64,000 nt of DNA from Klebsiella phage Sugarland, in the sequence record NC_042093.1. One strand, 5' to 3'. Under the pieces are notes generated by a model. The model was not told the origin of the DNA, did no database searches, and was given only the letters and a program-made list of their open reading frames with translations. Positions 27,987 to 36,800 of this stretch are shown here, piece by piece. A program made the translations under genes and the position numbers. How positions within the stretch are numbered: position 1 is the first letter of the stretch; each line of letters starts with the position of its first letter.

Positions 27987-28760
27987 ATGGCTACTAAATC
28001 TTGGGGTTCTACTACTGGCGGTTCTAACGGCGACAAACTGGACTACATGAAGTTCAACAACGGTAAGAACGTTGTGCGTATCGTTTCCGGCGTTCTCCCG
28101 CGTTATGTGTACTGGATTCAGAACAAAGAAGGTAAACCGGCCCCGTTTGAGTGCCTGCGTTTCGACCGTGAAAAAGAGCGTTTCATCCGTGGAGCATCCG
28201 ATCCGGTTCACGACATGGGCTTCAAAGATCCGGAGAAGAAAGATGGTAAGGCTCAGCCGCTGCGTCCTAAGAAAAACTACCTGGCCGTTGTTATCGACCG
28301 TACTGATAACAAACTGAAGCTGATGGAAGTTAAGGCAACCATCCTGACTGGTATCCACTCCATCATGGCCCAGCTGAATCTGGAAGATCCGGGTGAAATC
28401 GATATCACTATCTCCAAATCCGGTACTGGCTTCGATACTAAGTACGATGTACAGCAGATCGCTGCAATGCAGTTCCAGATGGCTAAAAATCAGCCGGGTT
28501 CTAAAGAGGCCGCTCTGCATGAAGCCGACGTTGCTCTGATTGGTGAGGCTCTGTACAACGAAGCAGACGAATTCGAAGGCTTCGAAAAAGTGCCTAAACT
28601 GGATGTTACCTACCCGGTTCCGTCCTATGACGAGCAGAAGAAAGCAATCCAGGCATGGCTGGAAGGTAAGAAAGATGAGGAGGGCGATGAATCTAAAGGT
28701 AATGAAGGTTCCGCGAACTCCGGTAACATCGATCACGAAGCAGCTTCTGACCTCGATTAA
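27987..28760 (+). CDS. SSB-like protein candidate with acidic C-terminal tail
   Basis: 257 aa. Strongly codon-optimised. C-terminal DEEGDESKGNEGS...DLD tail as in gp32/gp2.5-type SSBs. Own terminator. Confidence 0.45.
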   Translation: MATKSWGSTTGGSNGDKLDYMKFNNGKNVVRIVSGVLPRYVYWIQNKEGKPAPFECLRFDREKERFIRGASDPVHDMGFKDPEKKDGKAQPLRPKKNYLAVVIDRTDNKLKLMEVKATILTGIHSIMAQLNLEDPGEIDITISKSGTGFDTKYDVQQIAAMQFQMAKNQPGSKEAALHEADVALIGEALYNEADEFEGFEKVPKLDVTYPVPSYDEQKKAIQAWLEGKKDEEGDESKGNEGSANSGNIDHEAASDLD

Positions 28761-28769
28761 TCCAAACAA

Positions 28770-28796
28770 GGGGAGCTTCGGCTCCCTTTTATTTTG
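28770..28796 (+). terminator. rho-independent terminator
   Basis: GGGAGC-TTCG-GCTCCC followed by TTTTATTTT. Confidence 0.8.
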
Positions 28797-29792
28797 ACTA
28801 TGAAAATACTTTTCTCAGCAGATCATCACATCAAGCTAGGGGCGAAGAACGTTCCTCAGGAATGGCAGAAAAATCGGTTTATCCTTCTCGGTGAAAAGCT
28901 GGACGAAGTGTTTGGAGCTACCGGGTGCGACCTCCATATTATTGGTGGTGACATCATGGATGTTTCAGACCCGTCTTCAGAAGAAGTTGAACTACTGTTT
29001 GCATTCCTAGCTACCCTCCACCATCCTGGTATTATTTACACCGGGAACCACGAAATGAAATCTAAAACGATTTCTTGCCTGGATCACTATGCAGCAGCAA
29101 TTAGCGACGCAACAGACGGGCTTTGGAAAGTCGTCAAAGACTACCGATCTCCAGAGTTCGATATCATCCCTTACAGCAGCCTTCACAAAGCTAGTTGGAA
29201 GCCCAGAGTTTCAGACATTTGCTTCACGCATGTCAGAGGTGCAATCCCGCCTCATGTCGTACCAGAAATCGACCTTGAAAGATTCGTCGAACATGGGTAC
29301 TCCAAAGTATTTGCAGGCGATCTCCACAGCTACAAGAACAGCCAAAAGATCGGAGACGTTGACCTGCTCTATCCCGGATCTCCGCTTACAACTTCGTTTC
29401 ACAGAGAAAGGACGAAAGGAACTAACGGAGCTTTTATCATCGATACGGTCTTGCCAAGAGACCATGAGCACTACCTTTCGTGGGTTGAACTGGGAGATCT
29501 TCCACAGCTCATACGAAAAACTATTGAAGTCGGCGAGCCAATGGAAGCCGATGCGTATGACAGAGTTATATACGAAGTCACCGGCGACGTATCCCAACTC
29601 AAAACGTTAAAGAACAGCGAACTGTTAGATAAGAAGATCAATAACCGTGTCACCAAAGATGCTAAGTTAGATCTAGACGATATGTCACTGCTACAGGAGC
29701 TGGATACTTATTTCACAAACGTGCAGAAACTAGACGAAGCGTCTAGAACTCGCATATTAAAGAGAGCCGCTGAGTATGTCGATAGTAATTAA
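28794..29792 (+). CDS. SbcD/Mre11-like nuclease (T5 D12-like)
   Basis: 332 aa. Calcineurin-like phosphoesterase motifs DHH, GDIMD, GNHE. Confidence 0.8.
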   Translation: MTMKILFSADHHIKLGAKNVPQEWQKNRFILLGEKLDEVFGATGCDLHIIGGDIMDVSDPSSEEVELLFAFLATLHHPGIIYTGNHEMKSKTISCLDHYAAAISDATDGLWKVVKDYRSPEFDIIPYSSLHKASWKPRVSDICFTHVRGAIPPHVVPEIDLERFVEHGYSKVFAGDLHSYKNSQKIGDVDLLYPGSPLTTSFHRERTKGTNGAFIIDTVLPRDHEHYLSWVELGDLPQLIRKTIEVGEPMEADAYDRVIYEVTGDVSQLKTLKNSELLDKKINNRVTKDAKLDLDDMSLLQELDTYFTNVQKLDEASRTRILKRAAEYVDSN

Positions 29793-31611
29793 TAAATTGA
29801 CAATCAGCCATTTTATGTCGTATGCTGAGAACGTGGTGATCGAGTTTGATAATCACCGCGTAACTCAGTTAATCGGGCGTAACGGGCTGGGTAAATCAAC
29901 AATTGGTACAGCTCTAGAGGAGCTTCTTTATAATAAGAACTCACGAGGTATCAAGAAGGACGACCTGTTTAACTGGCATACTGGCTCCAAGTCCTATATG
30001 CTAGAAGGTCAGTTCACAAAAGATGGTGACGTGTACAACGTCAAGAAAGTTGTGAAGTCAACCGCCAAAGTAACTCTCACTAAAAATGGTGAAGATATCA
30101 GTGGTCATACTGCAACCCAAACGTATAAGCTGATAGAAGAGGTACTCGCCTGTGATTTTACGACATTTACTAAGCTCGTATATCAGTCAGTTGGATCCAG
30201 TCTCGACTTCCTCAAGACTACGGATGCTCAGCGCAAGGCTTTCCTCGTTAACCTGTTCGACCAGGAACAATATAAGGAAGTTTCTGAACGTGTTAAAGCG
30301 GGACGTAAAGCCGTCTCGGCAAAACTGTCCGGATTGGAAGGTAGCCTGCGAACTGCCCAATCTATACTTTCCTCAAAAGCCTCGCTTGGCACACCTCAAT
30401 CAGAGATCCCAATCCCTGTTTTCGATGAAGAGCCACTAGTCGAAGAATTAACCGAAGCAAAAGTCAAGGTAGCACTGGCTCAGAAGCAAAAAGCCAGTAT
30501 TGCAAAACGTAGCTCTTTGGACATGGCCGTACAAGCTGCCGAAAAAACTTTTGCACCATTCGAAAATTTACCTGCGCCCACCTCGAAATCTGAGGAACTC
30601 CTGAGTGTTACGCGTAACCTAACGGTCGTGGCAACTAGAGCGGATGATCTGAAGAAACGTTACTACGATTTCAAAAATGCAGCAGGTAAAACTCAGTGTT
30701 CTGCGTGCGGAACTCACTTAGATACCTCCGCCGCTCAAGAAGCTATGAGACGAACTAAGGAGGAGTATGATCCGCTCTATAAAGAACGTCAAAAGCTGGA
30801 AGCAGAAGTTGAAGAACTTAGGAAGGAAGATAGGGCGTTTAAGGATTATATCTCTAAGTTTAACGCTCTGGAACAGGCTCGCAAAAACCTCAAGGAATTT
30901 GATGAGGTCAATGGAACGCAGGATGAAATCGTAGACGCTAGCGGGTTAGCTGAGCGTATCAAAGCTATTGAGTCTAGCATTCGTCAAGGCAGATCCTCGG
31001 TAGAACTTGCAAGAACCCATAACGAATCAGTTGTACGTGAAAATGCGAAATATGAAGCTAAGCGTGAACAGATTCAAAAGGCCGAGCAGGAGTTTGATAA
31101 GATCCAGGCTGAACTGTCCTTAGTTGCAGAAGAAGTAGCGGATCTGGATATCTTAATCACCGGACTGAAAGATCTGGTAGGGTATAAGCTAGAGCACAGC
31201 GTCAAGGTATTTGAAGAGATGATCAATCATTATCTCTCTATCATGACCAGTGGTAAATTTGCTCTAGGGTTCGAGTTAGACGAGACGAAGTTACAGGTTG
31301 TCATCTACAATGATGGTAACAGGACTTCTATGGTCAACTGCTCCACTGGTCAGCAGAGCCGTATCAATATTTCCACGCTATTAGCAATTCGAATGTTGCT
31401 TTCAACGATTAGTAAAGTTAATATCAACCTGCTCTTCCTTGATGAAGTTGTAAGTTATATTGACCCGGATGGAATTAATACCCTCGTAGAACTTCTACAG
31501 GAAGAAGATCAGCTGAACTCAATCATCGTATCTCACGGGCACACACATCCGTATGCACATAAGATTGAGGTTAAACAAGACGAAGCTGGCTTATCAATTT
31601 TGGAGGCCTAA
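29776..31611 (+). CDS. SbcC/Rad50-like ATPase (T5 D13-like)
   Basis: 611 aa. Walker A GRNGLGKST, coiled-coil middle with CxxC zinc hook (CSACG), C-terminal signature plus Walker B LFLDE. Confidence 0.8.
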   Translation: MSIVINKLTISHFMSYAENVVIEFDNHRVTQLIGRNGLGKSTIGTALEELLYNKNSRGIKKDDLFNWHTGSKSYMLEGQFTKDGDVYNVKKVVKSTAKVTLTKNGEDISGHTATQTYKLIEEVLACDFTTFTKLVYQSVGSSLDFLKTTDAQRKAFLVNLFDQEQYKEVSERVKAGRKAVSAKLSGLEGSLRTAQSILSSKASLGTPQSEIPIPVFDEEPLVEELTEAKVKVALAQKQKASIAKRSSLDMAVQAAEKTFAPFENLPAPTSKSEELLSVTRNLTVVATRADDLKKRYYDFKNAAGKTQCSACGTHLDTSAAQEAMRRTKEEYDPLYKERQKLEAEVEELRKEDRAFKDYISKFNALEQARKNLKEFDEVNGTQDEIVDASGLAERIKAIESSIRQGRSSVELARTHNESVVRENAKYEAKREQIQKAEQEFDKIQAELSLVAEEVADLDILITGLKDLVGYKLEHSVKVFEEMINHYLSIMTSGKFALGFELDETKLQVVIYNDGNRTSMVNCSTGQQSRINISTLLAIRMLLSTISKVNINLLFLDEVVSYIDPDGINTLVELLQEEDQLNSIIVSHGHTHPYAHKIEVKQDEAGLSILEA

Positions 31612-32093
31612 TGGCCGTAGATAGTCGCGAGAAAGGAAAACGCGCGGAATACCAAATCCGTGATATGCTGCGTAAATATACCTCCTTGGACTGGGAACGT
31701 GTTCCTGGTTCAGGAGCTTTTGGCCAATCCCACTCCCTAAAGGGGGATGTGTATCTGCCACCTAGCGTAGGTAAAATGAGCCAATACTGCTTTGAGATCA
31801 AACATTACGCAGACGAAAAATTTAATAGCAATATCCTAAACGTTGGAGAATCCCAGCTAGAAAAATGGTGGGCCCAAGCCGCACGTGAAGGTGAGCAAAT
31901 GAACATGAAACCCGCCCTGATCTTTAAGAAAGATCGTGGTCAATGGCTTATCGCTCTGGATAGTAGCGACCCTATGATTGATAACCTCATGAGTAGAGCA
32001 CATTTCATAGTGAATAAACGTGGAATGGAAATTGTTATCGGTCTTTTTGAGCCGTGGTTAAACGCATGTGATATTGGAGATTTAGTTAAATGA
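31611..32093 (+). CDS. PD-(D/E)XK nuclease, Hjc-like Holliday junction resolvase candidate (T5 D14 position)
   Basis: 160 aa. GKRAEYQIRDML...WERVPGSG...GDV...CFEIKH resembles the archaeal Hjc motif order. Confidence 0.4.
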   Translation: MAVDSREKGKRAEYQIRDMLRKYTSLDWERVPGSGAFGQSHSLKGDVYLPPSVGKMSQYCFEIKHYADEKFNSNILNVGESQLEKWWAQAAREGEQMNMKPALIFKKDRGQWLIALDSSDPMIDNLMSRAHFIVNKRGMEIVIGLFEPWLNACDIGDLVK

Positions 32094-32968
32094 GTAAATC
32101 CTGGGGAACAATGAAACGAGAGGCAGAACAACGCCTCGCCTCACGCCGTAATCTTATGATTGTTGACGGTACGAACTTGGGCTTCCGCTTCAAGAAAGAT
32201 AGTGGTAAGCCTATTGCAGCATCCTTTGCAAACACCATCAACTCTCTGGCAAACTCCTATGACGCGAAGCACACTATCGTTCTAGGAGATAAAGGGAAGA
32301 GTATCTTCCGTACCAATATTTTCCCGGAGTATAAAGGCAACCGAGATGCAAAGTACGCAGATCGCTCCGAAGCAGAAGTAGAAGCAGATCGTCAGTTCTT
32401 CGAGTACTTGGACGATGCATTTGAGCTTATCGCAAGCCAATTCCCTACTTTCCGAATTCGTGGAGTAGAGGCAGATGATATGGCGGCTTTCATTATTCAG
32501 CTGATAGGTCATCACTATGATCATATCTGGCTCATCTCCACAGATGGCGACTGGGATACCCTGCTGGCTCCTAATATTTCACGCTTCTCGTTCACTACTC
32601 GTAAAGAGTACCACGAGAAAGATATGTTCGATAACCATAACGTAGATACGGTTGATCAGTTTATCTCTTTGAAGGCTATTATGGGCGATATGGGGGATAA
32701 CATTCGTGGTGTTGAAGGTATCGGTGAAAAACGGGGCTACAATCTAATCCGGGAACACGGTAGCGTGCTAGACATTATCGATGCACTACCTCTTCCAGGA
32801 ACTCAAAAATTCGTTCAGGCACTGAATAAATCAGGCGAACTCATGGAGCGTAATCTAACTCTAGTAGATCTCCCAAGTTTCTGTGGAGAAGCAGTTGCTG
32901 CAGCAGGACAAGATATCTACGATCAATTTGTTAAAGACATTATGGCTATTGCCACAGGAGAAGTATAA
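32090..32968 (+). CDS. 5'-3' flap endonuclease (T5 D15-like)
   Basis: 292 aa. N-terminal MIVDGTNL, H3TH region GDMGDNIRGVEGIGEKRG. Confidence 0.8.
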   Translation: MSKSWGTMKREAEQRLASRRNLMIVDGTNLGFRFKKDSGKPIAASFANTINSLANSYDAKHTIVLGDKGKSIFRTNIFPEYKGNRDAKYADRSEAEVEADRQFFEYLDDAFELIASQFPTFRIRGVEADDMAAFIIQLIGHHYDHIWLISTDGDWDTLLAPNISRFSFTTRKEYHEKDMFDNHNVDTVDQFISLKAIMGDMGDNIRGVEGIGEKRGYNLIREHGSVLDIIDALPLPGTQKFVQALNKSGELMERNLTLVDLPSFCGEAVAAAGQDIYDQFVKDIMAIATGEV

Positions 32969-33411
32969 TGCGTATTAAATTATCTCACCCCGATTGTAAA
33001 CCTCACGTTGGAAGCTCGGAAGCAGCCGGTATGGATCTACGGGCCTACTTCGGAGATCGTGCTTCCGACCTATTGCGTGCCATACCTCCTGGGGAGTCAT
33101 TGATGATTGATACCGGAGTTGCGGTTGAGATTCCCGAAGGCTGGGTAGGAATCGTGGTTCCGAGAAGCTCTCTAGGAAAACGTCGTCTAATGATTGCTAA
33201 TACAGCGGGGGTGATTGACTCGGATTATCGAGGAACTATCAAGATGAATCTGTTGAATATGAGCAATGAGACACAGCCAATTGATAATTTCGAGCGTCTG
33301 TGTCAGTTGGTGGTCGTACCTCATTATAACCCCAATGACATTGAAATTGTCGATAGCCTAACAGACACTGATCGTGGGGAGGGTGGATTTGGAAGTTCGG
33401 GAAGCAAATAA
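32968..33411 (+). CDS. dut: dUTPase
   Basis: 147 aa. Motifs AAGMDL, PRSSLG, IDSDYRG. Glycine-rich C-terminus. Confidence 0.85.
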   Translation: MRIKLSHPDCKPHVGSSEAAGMDLRAYFGDRASDLLRAIPPGESLMIDTGVAVEIPEGWVGIVVPRSSLGKRRLMIANTAGVIDSDYRGTIKMNLLNMSNETQPIDNFERLCQLVVVPHYNPNDIEIVDSLTDTDRGEGGFGSSGSK

Positions 33412-33442
33412 TTTTACTGATCCTAGTATGGTAGGTATTACT

Positions 33443-33631
33443 ATGCCAACTTATCAGGTTATAACTAATGAACCAGAAATGTTAGTGCTAAAAACAGACA
33501 AAGAGGGTAATGTTACTTTCTGGGATCCTGAAGGTTTTGTAGAACTTTGTACTAATACTGATAATGAGCATTTAAAAATACTATTAACTATCTATAATCT
33601 TGGTATTATAGAAGGCTGTAGAAGCATATAA
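33443..33631 (+). CDS. small AT-rich ORF (possible moron)
   Basis: 62 aa from ATG 33443. Markedly lower GC and different codon choice than neighbours. No convincing RBS. Confidence 0.25.
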   Translation: MPTYQVITNEPEMLVLKTDKEGNVTFWDPEGFVELCTNTDNEHLKILLTIYNLGIIEGCRSI

Positions 33632-33635
33632 TAGA

Positions 33636-33674
33636 AAACCCCAGTGGATTTTGTCCACTGGGGTTTCTTTTTTG
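33636..33674. terminator. bidirectional rho-independent terminator between convergent early (+) and late (-) modules
   Basis: AACCCCAGTGGA-TTTTG-TCCACTGGGGTT with U-runs on both strands. Confidence 0.8.
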
Positions 33675-33852
33675 TCAAACTTTACTGGATAGTAAAATTT
33701 AATTACTTGGATTAGGTATACTATTTGCTTCTCAAAACCTCTATTAGACGATTAGCTGAGTATTCTGCGTATAATATTACCATTGAGTGCTTAGCTAGAG
33801 TATGTTTTTCATATAAAATGTTATGAAAATAAAGGAGCCGTACGGCCCTCTT

Positions 33853-36800
33853 TTACATACCTAACTTCTCTTCAATTTCCGAAAGACGCGCTTCGAATCC
33901 CTTCGCGATAAACATGTTAAGTTCATCGAGTCGGAACGAATAACGATCGCCAGCCGGGATGGTTTTGTAGATTGGGTTTTCTGTTCCGTCTTCATTAAGC
34001 GAACCGTATTCAGAAACCACCGTTTGCTCATCCCATTCGTCATGGCAGATGAAGCCATATTTAAACGGTTCAAGCCCAAAACTTTCCATGATCTCCATCG
34101 CACGCTGTACGGTCAAACCACAATGCTCGCGAATGTCGTTCATATCAGCTTGCTCCTTCCACGTCCAGAACCCGATCTCCTTCGCAATGGCTTTGGCCGC
34201 TTCGGTTTCAGGGTTGCTCATCATGCGAACATCATTTTTCAGCCGAGCGTCTGAGGTGTTGATTGACCCATTTGTAGCGTAGATGTTTTTGACTCGACCA
34301 CTACCCCATCCAATATCATAACTGCCATCACCCATCGGGACGAAGTTCCCGTTGTGGTCAACGCTCCAGCGAGCGGTTCGTGCAGTAGATCCTACAGTGC
34401 ATGTTTCGAACAAGATTCGCGTTGGCGTACTGCTTGTACCCCACCCTCCAGCAGCCTGAATAGTAACCGCGCCACGCATTGAATCGAATTTCTCCCCGTC
34501 GTGGCCAGACGCCCCAAAGAAGAAACTAGACCATGACTGTGTCGCACCGATATATTTATCAGAGTTACCAAGGCTACCATCGCACCACATTGCACGAACC
34601 GCAGGAGATGATGTAGCAGAACCGCGAGGTGCAATCATGTTAATTTCCGGCGCGCCATCCGATGATACAAGTTTCAACCCTCTACCATCCTGATTGGTTG
34701 GAGCATTGAATTTCGGCACTACTGCGTTTAACGTTTCAAAGCTACGCACCAGCCCAAGATCTGAGTGCATAGCGCCGTCTGGAACCAGCCAAAGATCGCC
34801 ATTATCCGACAGCCTGAACGCCGGAACCCTATCGCTAATCGTCTTACCTTTAGGGGTGACAAGTAAGCGAATCCAGCCTCCGTGATTGGTTCCAGATGTA
34901 TCGCCAGCGCCCAAGAAATGCAACGCCGCGTTACTATGCTCCGTGTAGTCAGATCCTAACCACGGGCGAGAACCATAACCACCTAAAAGCTGATTGTTCT
35001 TAGTTACGCTATTGGACGCGCCTCGTGCATAGTTATGGAATACAGCAGATCCGCCAGCAGTATTCTCAATACCGAAAGAGCATTCCGTTGCGTTGTCGCC
35101 GATAAAGTTAACGCCAACCCCGGTTGTTGCGGTCGTCTCCTTCAATGGCAAACTCTGAGATGCGGTAACGTCAATCCCTTTGCTATTGACACCACCATTA
35201 ACAACCATGTTACCACTTCCGTCAATCGTCACTTGACCACTTCCGGATCCATCGCCATTTGGACGCAAATAAATTCGCTGTCCAGCTTTTGCGCTAATGA
35301 TTGGCTCCCCTCCGCTATTGCAACGAATTGCCGCGCCTTGACCAAATGCTATTTTGGTATCTCCACCACTTGCAGCCGTGCAAGAGACCTCGATCCCATT
35401 ATCTGATGCCGCTGCGCCAGCTGGTCGTAATTGAATCTGTCTATCAGTGCCGCCGGAGGCAGACAGAATCAAGCGGCCCTCCCCACCTTCGCGAACCATT
35501 GCACCGCGACCCATTACTATCCCTTTGTCACTTCCTGGTACTTTTGATGCTGCGCCACCACCAACGCCAAGGTTTCCATTTAACGAGCTAGCACCACTAA
35601 TAGCAAGCTCACTACCAGAAAGGCTACCTGATGCACTTAACGTCTTAACACTAACGTCTTGATTCGTGCCACTTACAACCGACTCTCTCCATGCCGACCA
35701 AGTTCCACCATTGCTATAACGTGTGAATTCACGATTTAAATCAGAGCTAAAAATGCGCTGACGGTTAGTGAAATCAGTGTCGCTCACTTTACGAAGTGAC
35801 TCGACGTAAAGAATGAAGTTTCCGCCTACACCGCTTGGCTTGTTAGTAATATTTGCACCACCACCGTATCCTGGACACCGATAAATGCGTACCGTCCCAG
35901 GAGTACTCAGGTTAATCGTTAGGCTGTTAAGATCAAGTGTCTGCCCATCTATGTTCTCAGCCTCCCAAGCCCCGAAAAAGCCATTAGCGAACGTCATTGG
36001 TCCAGCAACAGAGAAACCAGCATCCATCATTTTACGCGTTACAACCTTGCTGTTTTGCGCTTGGTTTGAATTTTCTCCATAAGCGAGATCGCCATCAACA
36101 TCAATGCCCAAAAGCTTTGCGCTCATGTTGTTAAGTTTAAACCCAATTGACAGATCAGAATCAGCGTCGCGTGTTAACATGATTGGCGTGTGTTGCTTGC
36201 CACTAACTCTTAGACTTGTTGCCCCAGTGTCTGTGTCGTCATTAGAGAAATCAGCGGTACGAGAAGAGATCTTGTAACTGATCTTTGCGTCTCGTGCTTC
36301 GATTCGTCCATCATGGCGCACAATAAAATCTCCACCAGTTGTGCCGCCAGTGGTCTTTGCGCGAATGCGTACCTCACCCAGCGATTCATTGTTTGGCGGC
36401 GACCAAAGCACTCCGCGTTCTCCGCCGTCACCATTTTGAAACCATACATGAGCATTACCACTTGCCGACTTGAGCCGGATAGCTGGAGTTGCTTTTGCGA
36501 TATCAAGGTCACCCGTCATGGTATCGCCAACCTTCTTAACTTGCGCGTCGTTAGTTACGTTACCCAGGCCAACATCCGATTTTGATGGCTTGTTAACTGT
36601 GCCATAAAGGGTATTTACCTTTACGTTACCGGCATTGAGGCTTGCGTCATTGGCGGCGAGTATCACAACCTTACCGCTGTTATAGTCAATGTTAATCGCT
36701 GAAATAGTGTCTCCACAGCGGGAAGACATACCAGAGCCGTGAGACATAATGCTTGAGCTAGCTCCAGACTTCTGGCTTGCTCGCCAAAAATGCCCACCTT

